From Myxococcota bacterium (GTDB lineage: Bacteria > Myxococcota_A > UBA796 > CAJQPC01), in the NCBI GenBank assembly GCA_036229005.1, contig JAZAMN010000025.1, forward strand, positions 1 to 64,000: DNA of 64,000 nucleotides, in the 5' to 3' direction. Below the pieces are notes generated by a model. It ran no database searches and was not told the origin of the DNA. It was given only the letters and a program-made list of their open reading frames with translations. Positions 56,021 to 64,000 of this stretch are shown here, in pieces; the stretch's first letter is position 1, and every line of letters starts with the position of its first letter. The translations under genes and the position numbers were made by a program.

Positions 56021-57600
56021 CCGAACGCGGTGTCCTTCGGCCGCCAGATCCACGCCGGCTTCACCCGCCACCCCGTGCGCGTGCGCATCGCGGTCCCCCG
56101 CACCCCCTGGGGCCACGAGATCTTCTCGGCCTTGAGGTAGTCCTCCTGGAAGCCGTACTTGAGCGGCTTGTCCGCGCAGAGCACCGCGTCCCAGCGGTGG
56201 GCCTGGAAGCCCTCGGTCATCACGCTGGGCTCCTGGTAGAGCGGCCCGCGCTTGTGCTGGATGTCCCAGAGCGCGATCAGCGGGAAGCTGGGCTCCTTCC
56301 CGGCCAGGTAGGGGTACCAGGGGAACTGCGGAGCGAACACGCTGCCCTGAATCTCCGAGAGCTGCGCGATCAGCGCGTTGCCAGCGGCCAGGTCGTCCTC
56401 GTCTGGGATCAGCCTGCCGGGATCCCAGCGGTCCTGGAAGCAGCGGGAGGTGGGGACGTTTGCGTCGAGCAGACAGATCCGCTCCTTCAAGGAGCCGTCC
56501 TTGGGGCCGTGCTTCCAGTCGTACTTGTAGCGGCCCTCGATGCCCTGCAGGCCCAGGATCAGGCTCAGGGGGATGCCCCAGGCCCAGCTCCGCTCGGCGA
56601 CGCTGGCCACCAGCATCGTGCCGCCGATCGCCATCACCCAGTGGCCGGGCATGAGCACGTTGATGAAGCCGCCGTGGTGGGCCCGCATGAGCACGCAGGC
56701 CACCAGGGCGATGCCCGTCATCACGCCCCAGTACACGCCGCCGGCGGACCAGCGCTTGCGCACCGCGTAGACCGCCAGGATGCCCAGCGCGGCCAGGTTG
56801 CTCAGGATCAGCGCGGCCAGCATCTCCTTCTCGGAGAGCGGGAAGGCGCGCTCGGCGTTGAGGGGGTGGGAGCCGGGGACCCCCAGCAGGTAGGTCAGGT
56901 AGTTGCCGTCGCTGGCGATCTGGATGGCGCCGGTGAGCACCAGCGCGGGGATCACGCTCGCCGCCGCAAAGAGCAGGGCCAGCTTGCGATCCCGCCAGAA
57001 CAGCCAGCCCACGATGCCCACGCCAAAGAGCGCGAAGTTGTGCTTGGTCAGGAAGGCCAACACCAGGAGCAGGCCGCCGGCGACCACCCCCCCGCGGGAC
57101 TCCGTGCGGCAGAGCACCAGCGACCAGGTCAGCAGGCCCATGGCCAGGGCGTCGGTGCGCACCAGCTCGTAGAAGGTGCCCGACTCGTCGTAGCAGCTCA
57201 GGTAGAGCCCGGCGGCGGCCAGCCCCCAGAGCGGCGAGCGGCCTTCGCGCCAGAGAGCGAAGATCCCGGCGGCGGCGGCGGCCAGGGTGCCCACCAACGA
57301 GATGCTGCGGCCCAGCAGGTAGGAGGGCTCGCCCAGCGCGGAGATCAGCCAGGGGTAGAAGGGCGGGTAGATGTAGGGCACCCAGTCGGGCGAGGGCGCG
57401 GCGTAGAGCGGCTGCCCCTGCTCGATGCGCAGGGCGTGCACCAGCATGCCGCCCTCCATCCACTCGATGTCAAAGGGGAAGTCCAGGCGCTGCAGGGCCA
57501 ACCCCACCACCAGCCAAGCCACCCAGAGCGCGACCAGGGCGGGGGGGAGGGCCAGCAGGTGACGCAGCCACCAGGGCGCGGGCTTGGGGGTCTCGCTCAT
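56008..57600 (-). CDS. ArnT/PMT-like GT-C fold glycosyltransferase
   Basis: IEWMEG, YIYPPFYPWL, GRSIS, LVRTD, FLTKHN and multiple TMs; ATGA overlap with fdhD. Confidence 0.72.
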   Translation of the reverse strand: MSETPKPAPWWLRHLLALPPALVALWVAWLVVGLALQRLDFPFDIEWMEGGMLVHALRIEQGQPLYAAPSPDWVPYIYPPFYPWLISALGEPSYLLGRSISLVGTLAAAAAGIFALWREGRSPLWGLAAAGLYLSCYDESGTFYELVRTDALAMGLLTWSLVLCRTESRGGVVAGGLLLVLAFLTKHNFALFGVGIVGWLFWRDRKLALLFAAASVIPALVLTGAIQIASDGNYLTYLLGVPGSHPLNAERAFPLSEKEMLAALILSNLAALGILAVYAVRKRWSAGGVYWGVMTGIALVACVLMRAHHGGFINVLMPGHWVMAIGGTMLVASVAERSWAWGIPLSLILGLQGIEGRYKYDWKHGPKDGSLKERICLLDANVPTSRCFQDRWDPGRLIPDEDDLAAGNALIAQLSEIQGSVFAPQFPWYPYLAGKEPSFPLIALWDIQHKRGPLYQEPSVMTEGFQAHRWDAVLCADKPLKYGFQEDYLKAEKISWPQGVRGTAMRTRTGWRVKPAWIWRPKDTAFGQGE

Positions 57601-58400
57601 GGGCTGTACTCGTTGCAGCGCCCGCCGCGGGCGAACCCGGCGAGCTGCATGCCGGCCTGACGCGCCAGCTCGACGGCCAGAGTGGAGGGCGCGCCCACCG
57701 CCACCAGCACGGGGATGCGGGCCATCAAGGCCTTCTGGGTGATCTCGAAGCCCGCCCGGCTGCTCACCACCAGGATGTGCCGGCTCAGGGGCATCGCGTC
57801 GTTGAGCAGCGCCCAGCCAAGCACCTTGTCCACGGCGTTGTGCCGCCCGATGTCCTCGCGCACGACCAGGAGCTCCCCCTGGATGTCGAACAGCGCGGCG
57901 GCGTGCAGGCCGCCGGTGGCCTGGAAGGTGGGCTGGTGATCCAGCATGCGCCCCGGGAGCCTGCAGAGCCGCTCGGGAGGGAGCTGCATGGGCCGGTCCA
58001 GGGGAGGGGAGCGCTTGAGGAGCTCGGAGATCCGGGTCAACCCACACACACCGCAGCTCGAGCTCGCATACGTGCTCCTCTGGGCGCTGACGAGGTCACC
58101 GGTCTGCAGCCGGGCGCCGGAGGCCAGGCGGGTGTCCACCACGTTGTCGGGGGCGCCCTTCACCATCCCCTGCAGGTCGCGCACGTGCGCCAGGGCCGCC
58201 AGATCATCGGCCCCGTCGATCAGCCCCTCGCTGTAGAGCCAGCCTGCGGCCAGCTCCCGGTCGTGGCCGGGGGTGCGCATGGTCACCACCAGCGGAGTCC
58301 CCTCGACGCGCAGCTCCAGGGGCTCTTCGACGGCGACAGCGTCCTGGGCGGGGCCAGAGAGCTCGGGGTGTCGCCGGACGGGCAGGGAGCGGTGGGTCAT
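57597..58400 (-). CDS. fdhD: Formate dehydrogenase accessory sulfurtransferase FdhD
   Basis: EEPLE, TMRTPGHD, SSCGVCG, TGGLHAA, REDIGRHNAVDK, GAPS. Confidence 0.95.
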   Translation of the reverse strand: MTHRSLPVRRHPELSGPAQDAVAVEEPLELRVEGTPLVVTMRTPGHDRELAAGWLYSEGLIDGADDLAALAHVRDLQGMVKGAPDNVVDTRLASGARLQTGDLVSAQRSTYASSSCGVCGLTRISELLKRSPPLDRPMQLPPERLCRLPGRMLDHQPTFQATGGLHAAALFDIQGELLVVREDIGRHNAVDKVLGWALLNDAMPLSRHILVVSSRAGFEITQKALMARIPVLVAVGAPSTLAVELARQAGMQLAGFARGGRCNEYSP

Positions 58401-58438
58401 TCCGGGCAGCTAACCCGCCGGCTCCCCTCGGTGGGCGC

Positions 58439-58522
58439 TCAGACCTGCTTCATGGTCCCGGCGGAGAACATGAAGATGGGCGCCTCGTAGGTGACCGAGG
58501 TGGTCTGACCCTCCTGGATCGG
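58439..58522 (-). pseudogene. Probable 3' remnant of a deleted gene
   Basis: PIQEGQTTSVTYEAPIFMFSAGTMKQV*; 26 of 27 codons end in G or C; no ATG/GTG/TTG upstream of the segment before an in-frame stop. Confidence 0.45.
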
Positions 58523-58564
58523 ACATCCGGCCTCCCGTTCAGGTTCAACGAACTCTATCGCAGG

Positions 58565-58607
58565 CTGTTCGCGTGTTCAGCTCCGCTCGGCTATAGGTTC
58601 GTTCAGT
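58565..58607 (+). promoter_or_regulatory. Two Myxococcus-type LexA (SOS) boxes upstream of recQ
   Basis: CTGTTCGCGTGTTCAGC (58565-58581, 16/17) and CTATAGGTTCGTTCAGT (58591-58607, 15/17) against the recalled consensus CTRHAMRYBYGTTCAGS. Confidence 0.65.
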
Positions 58608-58638
58608 CGCCCCGCCCTCCCGTCTCCCCACGGGACCC

Positions 58639-60984
58639 ATGGACATCCACCAGATCCTCAAGGATCGCTTTGGCTTCGAGGCCTACCGGCCCGGCCAGGA
58701 AGCGATCGTACAGCACCTCGTCGACGGGGACGATGCCCTCGTCGTCATGCCCACCGGCGCGGGAAAGTCGCTGTGCTACCAGGCCCCGGCGGTGTGCCGC
58801 GGTGGCACGACGCTGGTCGTCAGCCCCCTCATCGCCTTGATGAAGGACCAGGTCGACGCCCTCAACGCCAAGGGCATCCGGGCCACCTTCATCAACTCCT
58901 CGCTGAGCATGGAGGAGCGCCGCGACCGCACGCAGAAGCTGCTGGAGGGGCACTGGGAGCTGCTCTACGTGGCCCCCGAGCGCTTCACGCCGCGCTTCCT
59001 CAAGATGCTGCGCGGGGTGGATCTGCGCATGCTGGCGGTGGACGAGGCGCACTGCCTGAGCCAGTGGGGCCACGACTTCCGCCCCGACTACCTGCGCCTG
59101 GGGCGCGTGCGCCAGTTCCTGCTGGAGGCCGGCAAGGACCTGCCCACGGTGGCGCTCACCGCGACCGCCACGCCGCGCGTGCAGGACGACATCGTCAAGA
59201 CCCTGGGCCTGGAGCCGCGGCGCTTCATCCAGGGCTTCGACCGCGAGAACCTGGCCCTGGAGGTCGTGCAGGTCAACCGCCTCCGGGACAAGGTCGCGCT
59301 GCTCCCGGACCTGGTGCGGGGCTCGCTGTCGCTGGTCTACTGCGCCACCCGCAAGAACGTGGAGAAGGCCACCAAGGCGCTGCGTGAAGCGGGGGTGCAA
59401 GGGGTCGACTGCTACCACGGCGGGCTGCTCCCGGACGAGCGCACGCGGGTGCAGGACGCCTTCATGAGCGGCAAGCTGCGCTGCGTGGTGGCGACCAACG
59501 CCTTCGGCATGGGCGTGGACAAGGCGGACGTGCGCACCATCGTGCACTGGGACTTCCCCGGCACGGTGGAGGCCTACTACCAGGAGATCGGCCGCGCCGG
59601 GCGTGACGGCCTGCCCTCCCGCGTGGTGCTGATGTTCAACGAGAAGGACCGGCGCACGCAGGAGTTCTTCATCACCATGGGCCACCCGCCGGCGGCCTAC
59701 GTGCGCTCGGTCTTTGACCGCATCGTCGCCGAGGGCACAAACCCGGTCTTCCTGACCCGCCAGCAGATGGCCGAGCGCCTGCCGGACGACGCCGGCGGGG
59801 AGCGCACCGCGTCGAGCTGTATCTACGTGCTCCAGCGCGAGGGTTGGGTGCGCCGAATCCACCCCGCCGACCGACCCGCGCGCGTGGTGCTCTCCACCCA
59901 CCCCCCGGCAGACGCCCCCAAGGGACGCCGAGGCTTGATCCTGCAAGAGGTGCGGGAGCGCCTCAGCGAGTTCCCGGGCGACTCCCTGGAGCTCAACCCC
60001 CAGCGCATGGCCGAGGCCCTGGGCATGGAGCGCGACCAGCTCGTGGCGGCCCTGCGGGGGCTCGAAGACCGCGGCTACTTGAGCTGGCGGCCGGCCGAGC
60101 GCATCGGCGGGGTGGAGCTGCTGCGCCCCGGTCAGGAGCTGGTGCTCGACGAGCAGAGCATGCACAAGCGGCGGCAGGATGAGTTCGCCAAGCTCGACAA
60201 GATGGTGGACTACGCCTCCGCCACCTGCAGGCGCCGCTACCTGCTGGAGTACTTCGGCCAGACGCCGGCCTACGAGCGCTGCGGGACCTGCGATCTCTGC
60301 CGCTCGGGGGCCGCCATCCAGACCGGTCCGCGGGCCCTGGACGCCCAGGAGGAGGTCATCGTCCGCAAGGTGCTGGCCTGCATGGCGCGCATGGGGCGGC
60401 CCTTCTCCTCGGCCATGATCGTCAAGGTCCTGCGCGGCTCTGAAGACGCCGCCGTGCGCGGCTTCAAGTTCGAGCGCCTGAGCACCCACGGCATCCTCAA
60501 GGCCCACACCCAGGTCGAGCTCGAGCAGCTCCTGGGCGAGCTCACCCGCGCCGGCTGCGTGGACAAGCAGTACACGACCCGCATGGTGGGGGGCAGCGAG
60601 CGCAGCTACGCCGAGCTGTCGCTCACCGAGAAGGGCCTGCGCGTGATGCGTCAGCAGGAGCCGGACTTTGAGATGGTCTGGCCCAAGCTCAAGACCCGCT
60701 CCCTGCCGCGTCCGCCACCGCGCCGCCCCGGACAGCCCAAGGTCGCCTCCGATCTGCTGGTCTACCTCCGCGAGATCCGCCGCAAGGTCGCCACCGAAGA
60801 GGACGTGCCCGCCTACGTGGTCGCGCCCAACCGCACCCTCGAGGACATGGCCGCTCTGCGCCCCACAACCCGCAAGGGCATGCTCGAAGTGCACGGGATG
60901 GGCCAGCGCCGCTTCCAGCGCTACGGTCGCCCCTTTCTGGACGCCATCCGGAGCTGGACCGCCAGCGCCGCCGCTTCGGGCTGA
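58639..60984 (+). CDS. recQ: RecQ family ATP-dependent DNA helicase with winged-helix insertion, RQC and HRDC domains
   Basis: MPTGAGKSLCYQ, DEAHCLSQWGHDFRPDY, TATA, ATNAFGMG, YYQEIGRAGRDG, CRR...CGTCDLC, HRDC VPAYVV. Confidence 0.95.
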   Translation: MDIHQILKDRFGFEAYRPGQEAIVQHLVDGDDALVVMPTGAGKSLCYQAPAVCRGGTTLVVSPLIALMKDQVDALNAKGIRATFINSSLSMEERRDRTQKLLEGHWELLYVAPERFTPRFLKMLRGVDLRMLAVDEAHCLSQWGHDFRPDYLRLGRVRQFLLEAGKDLPTVALTATATPRVQDDIVKTLGLEPRRFIQGFDRENLALEVVQVNRLRDKVALLPDLVRGSLSLVYCATRKNVEKATKALREAGVQGVDCYHGGLLPDERTRVQDAFMSGKLRCVVATNAFGMGVDKADVRTIVHWDFPGTVEAYYQEIGRAGRDGLPSRVVLMFNEKDRRTQEFFITMGHPPAAYVRSVFDRIVAEGTNPVFLTRQQMAERLPDDAGGERTASSCIYVLQREGWVRRIHPADRPARVVLSTHPPADAPKGRRGLILQEVRERLSEFPGDSLELNPQRMAEALGMERDQLVAALRGLEDRGYLSWRPAERIGGVELLRPGQELVLDEQSMHKRRQDEFAKLDKMVDYASATCRRRYLLEYFGQTPAYERCGTCDLCRSGAAIQTGPRALDAQEEVIVRKVLACMARMGRPFSSAMIVKVLRGSEDAAVRGFKFERLSTHGILKAHTQVELEQLLGELTRAGCVDKQYTTRMVGGSERSYAELSLTEKGLRVMRQQEPDFEMVWPKLKTRSLPRPPPRRPGQPKVASDLLVYLREIRRKVATEEDVPAYVVAPNRTLEDMAALRPTTRKGMLEVHGMGQRRFQRYGRPFLDAIRSWTASAAASG

Positions 60985-61017
60985 CTCACCCCGGAGCGGG
61001 GGGGGTAGCATGCGCCC

Positions 61018-61683
61018 ATGCTGATCTTCCTGATGATGGCCTGCAGCCCGGTTGACCTCGTTCCGCTCTCCGAGCTGGACAGCCCTGCTGCGCGGGTCTG
61101 GCTCCAGGAGGTGGGGTCGGGTGTGAGCGTGTTCACGGACCTCTCCTTCTCCGTCAACGGCCGCTGCGGGGGCCTCTCGGATCTGGAGTTCGTCACCTTC
61201 AACGACCAGGAGGGCGACCTGCGCTTCGCCGAGAAGGTGAACGGGGAGTGTCATGGACCCCAGGCCTTCCTCACCGTCCCGGACTTCGAGGGCCCTCTGG
61301 AGATCAAGTGGGGCGCGTCTTCAGGCGAGGAGCTGCTGATCGTGGACGCAGCCACCGGCCCCACGGGCCTGGAGCTGCTCAGCCCCGCGGACGGGATCCT
61401 GGACACCGAGACCCAGGTGGTGGTGGGCTTTGACACCCCGGAGACCGTGAGCGGCGTCCGACTGATGATCCAGGGCGCCGACGGGGTCCCTCACCGGCAC
61501 GACGTGGACAGCGTCGGTCAGGAGTTCATCGTGGAGAGCACGGAGGCCACGGGCATGCTGAGCCGCGTGGAGCTCAACCTGTTGGACTGGATGCCGCCGA
61601 TCACCCAGTGCCCGGAGACCTGGGAGTGCAGCTTCTGGGAGGCTGTCTGGAGCGAGAACCTGGTGGTCCCCATCCCCGAGTAG
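61018..61683 (+). CDS. Hypothetical acidic lipoprotein
   Basis: MLIFLMMAC; two further Cys pairs; in-frame TAG 12 nt upstream fixes the start. Confidence 0.7.
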   Translation: MLIFLMMACSPVDLVPLSELDSPAARVWLQEVGSGVSVFTDLSFSVNGRCGGLSDLEFVTFNDQEGDLRFAEKVNGECHGPQAFLTVPDFEGPLEIKWGASSGEELLIVDAATGPTGLELLSPADGILDTETQVVVGFDTPETVSGVRLMIQGADGVPHRHDVDSVGQEFIVESTEATGMLSRVELNLLDWMPPITQCPETWECSFWEAVWSENLVVPIPE

Positions 61684-61725
61684 GGGCCCGAGTAGGGGCC
61701 CCGATCCGGGAACCCGGATGGGGAC

Positions 61726-62487
61726 TCAGTCCTGGCGGTAGAGCCCGCGGCCGAAGCGGTCGAAGCGGAACTCGCCCAGCACCGGGATGCCGCTCTCGCA
61801 GGCGTCGTAGCTCAGCCAGATGAAGTGGGCCTTGCCCTTGATGTTCTCGGCCGGGATGCCCTCCCAGGCGCGGGAGTCGCTGGAGTTGTCCCGGTTGTCG
61901 CCCATGCCGAACACCTGGTTCTCGGGCACCGTGAAGGGCCCGAAGTTGGCCAGCCCGGACTGCGCCAGGGGCAGGTTCCGGTAGATGTCGTGCTGCAGGT
62001 CGCCAAGCTGCTCTTTGTAGTGGGTGACCTTGGTGCTGTGGCAGGCGCTGTTGCGGAAGCTCTGGTCGCTCACCAGGGTCTGCTTCTGCTCCTCGCCGTT
62101 GATGTAGAGGACGTTGTCCTTGACCTCGATCACGTCGCCGGGGAGCCCCACCACGCGCTTGATGTAGTCCACCTCGGGGTTGGGCGGGTACTTGAACACG
62201 ATGATGTCGCCGCGCTCGGGGAGCCGGCGCTGCACCAGGTTCACGTCCATCAGGGGCAGCGGGGCCTTGAGGGCGTAGCTGAACTTGGTGACCAGCAGGT
62301 GGTCGCCGATCTCCAGTGTGGGGATCATCGAGCCGGAGGGGATGCGGAAGGGCTCCACCACGGCGGCGCGGACGCCCAGCACGATCAGGATGGCGGGCAC
62401 CCAGGTCTTGATCTGGGACCAGAACCACGCGCCGAAGCTGTCGTCTTCGCCGTCGTAGTCCAGCAGATCGGCGTCGTCCTTGGCCAT
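61726..62487 (-). CDS. lepB: Signal peptidase I
   Basis: IPSGSMIPTL, RGDIIVF, DYIKRVVGLPGD, MGDNRDNSSDSR. Confidence 0.95.
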   Translation of the reverse strand: MAKDDADLLDYDGEDDSFGAWFWSQIKTWVPAILIVLGVRAAVVEPFRIPSGSMIPTLEIGDHLLVTKFSYALKAPLPLMDVNLVQRRLPERGDIIVFKYPPNPEVDYIKRVVGLPGDVIEVKDNVLYINGEEQKQTLVSDQSFRNSACHSTKVTHYKEQLGDLQHDIYRNLPLAQSGLANFGPFTVPENQVFGMGDNRDNSSDSRAWEGIPAENIKGKAHFIWLSYDACESGIPVLGEFRFDRFGRGLYRQD

Positions 62488-62564
62488 CCAAAGCTCCCGG
62501 GAGTCTGGGACGGTTAACACCCCCAGCGAGAGCCTGTACGCTGCGAGCGGCTCCGAACATTGCG

Positions 62565-63155
62565 ATGGCCCCAGACTACGAGCACATCCGGCGTGTCCTG
62601 CAACCGCCCGCGCCCCTCCCGCCCATGCCGACCGGTCCGGTTCGGGAGGCTGCGGTGGCCCTGGTGCTGCGCCCTGGAGCCCAGGGACGCGAGCTGCTGA
62701 TGATGCAGCGGGCCGAGCGGGAGGGGGACCCCTGGTCCGGCCAGATGGCCTTCCCTGGCGGCCACCGCGAGCCCGAGGACCCGGATCTGGTCTGGACCGC
62801 GATCCGCGAGTCCCAGGAGGAGATGGGCCTGGATCTGCGCCCCACCCAGCTCCTGGGGCCGCTGCGCCCCGTCGTGAGCCCGCGCCTGCGCAGCGTGGGC
62901 CGCCAGCGCTACGTGCACGCCTACGTGTTCGGGCTGGACGCGGTCCCCGAGCTCCGCCTGAACCACGAGGTCGCCGGCGCCCACTGGTTCTCCCTGGAGC
63001 GCCTGCTGCGCGGCGATGGGCGGGGGGACTTCCCGCTTGAGTACGAAGGCCAGAGCTTCCGCATGCCCCGCGTGGATCTGCAGGGGCAGCGCATCTGGGG
63101 CATGAGCCTCAGGCTGCTCGATCAGCTCCTGGAGCGGATCCGCCAGCTTCCCTAG
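62565..63155 (+). CDS. Nudix hydrolase, CoA pyrophosphatase-like
   Basis: AAVAL, DPWSGQMAFPGG, TAIRESQEEMG, IWGMS. Confidence 0.9.
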   Translation: MAPDYEHIRRVLQPPAPLPPMPTGPVREAAVALVLRPGAQGRELLMMQRAEREGDPWSGQMAFPGGHREPEDPDLVWTAIRESQEEMGLDLRPTQLLGPLRPVVSPRLRSVGRQRYVHAYVFGLDAVPELRLNHEVAGAHWFSLERLLRGDGRGDFPLEYEGQSFRMPRVDLQGQRIWGMSLRLLDQLLERIRQLP

Positions 63156-63163
63156 GGGATGGT

Positions 63164-63985
63164 TCAGCCGCCATCCAGAGGCAGCCGCCGGTGCTCCCAG
63201 ACGGGCATGCGCGCCCGCAGCTCCCGGAGCGCCTGGAGGTCCAGGTCCGCGATGCAGAAGCCCTCGCCCGTAGCCTGCTCGGCCAGCACGCGACCCCAGG
63301 GGTCGATGATGCAGGAGTGGCCCCAGCTCTCGCGCAGGCCCTGGTCGTCGTGGGGGCCCCAGTGTCCGGGGGCCAGGACAAAGCACTGGGTCTCGATGGC
63401 CCGGGCGCGCAGCAGCACCTCCCAGTGGGCCTCCCCGGTGCGGGCGGTGAACGCGCTGGGCACGGCCAGGATCTCCGCTCCCTGGTCCCGAAGCGCCTGA
63501 TACAGCGGCGGGAAGCGCAGGTCGTAGCAGATGCTCAGCCCCAGGTGGCTGCCGGGGATGGGAGCGCTGACGATGCGATCTCCGGGCGTGGTGGTCCGCG
63601 ACTCGGAGAAGCGCACGCCGCCTGGCACGTCCACGTCGAAGAGGTGCAGCTTCCGGTAGTGGGCCTGCAGGGCGCCGCTGGGGGAGAAGAGGAGGCTGGT
63701 GTTCGCGGGGGGCCCCTGGGTGCACCGCTCGGCTACAGAGCCCACCAGCAGCGTGATCTGGAGCTCTCGTGCCAGCGAGGACCAGCGCAGCGCGCGCGGC
63801 CCATCCAGCGCCTCGGCGATGTCCGCTTTGGCCTTGTGGGGGCCCAGGTAGTCGGTGGCCTCGGGGGTGGCGATCAGCGTCGCCCCCTGGGCAGCGGCCT
63901 CCCGGATGGCGGCCTCGGAGACGCTCAGGTTGCGCTCCAGGTCGGAGCTCCCCTGGAGCTGGATGCAGGCGGCGCGTAGGTGCAT
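63164..63985 (-). CDS. Carbon-nitrogen hydrolase (Nit1/deaminated glutathione amidase-like)
   Basis: TPE, YRKLHLFD, SICYDLRFP, TGEAHWEVLLRARAIE, GHSCIIDPWG; start is near the window edge. Confidence 0.9.
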   Translation of the reverse strand: MHLRAACIQLQGSSDLERNLSVSEAAIREAAAQGATLIATPEATDYLGPHKAKADIAEALDGPRALRWSSLARELQITLLVGSVAERCTQGPPANTSLLFSPSGALQAHYRKLHLFDVDVPGGVRFSESRTTTPGDRIVSAPIPGSHLGLSICYDLRFPPLYQALRDQGAEILAVPSAFTARTGEAHWEVLLRARAIETQCFVLAPGHWGPHDDQGLRESWGHSCIIDPWGRVLAEQATGEGFCIADLDLQALRELRARMPVWEHRRLPLDGG

Positions 63986-64000
63986 GTGGGGTGTCAAGCC

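Noticed and set aside
58410..58526. 38-aa His-rich minus-strand ORF MSDPGGSDHLGHL... with nearby GGGAGG
   Set aside because: Poor GC3 and only 4 nt RBS spacing; the alternative frame fits the codon bias much better.
58603..61254. 883-aa minus-strand ORF and similar long shadows (3756-5990, 21000-23165, 24378-26492, 51743-54133, 55073-57463)
   Set aside because: They overlap well-supported genes in other frames and show no family motifs.
61675..61719. 12-bp tandem duplication CCCGAGTAGGGG and a short hairpin between convergent genes
   Set aside because: Too short to indicate a mobile element or target-site duplication; probably slippage plus a weak terminator.
1..64000. tRNA, rRNA, riboswitch (including a cobalamin riboswitch near the mutase genes), integrase or transposase
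   Set aside because: None recognised by eye and the intergenic gaps are short; an Infernal/Rfam and tRNAscan run would be needed to exclude them formally.

Overview
Gene-dense, very GC-rich bacterial chromosomal segment (GC judged by eye, not computed) with about 55 protein-coding genes. I saw no rRNA, tRNA, CRISPR array, transposase or phage genes. Several signs point to a Myxococcota genome: a MYXO-CTERM sorting signal, an ftp-like type III PKS/FAAL cluster, Hanks-type kinases with Pro-rich linkers, a TonB_C-fused receptor and Myxococcus-type LexA boxes. Recognisable genes include mutA/mutB/meaB, glpD, mlaE/mlaF, ppa, fdhD, recQ, lepB, a Nudix hydrolase and a nitrilase-family amidase. The most notable signals are: (1) nine predicted lipoproteins with very short signal peptides lacking an n-region (e.g. 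MLLILLAC), some on apparently leaderless transcripts; (2) a coupled operon of a tandem ubiquitin-like (YukD/EsaB-like) protein, an FHA-TM-lytic transglycosylase and a membrane protein, beside a kinase-TPR unit and a BlaI/M56-transglycosylase unit with visible tandem operators; (3) an active plus pseudo PP2C-cNMP phosphatase pair; (4) two Myxococcus-type LexA boxes upstream of recQ. All calls come from reading motifs by eye; no database searches were run. Many start codons were moved from the ORF track using gene overlaps, RBS motifs and signal peptides.
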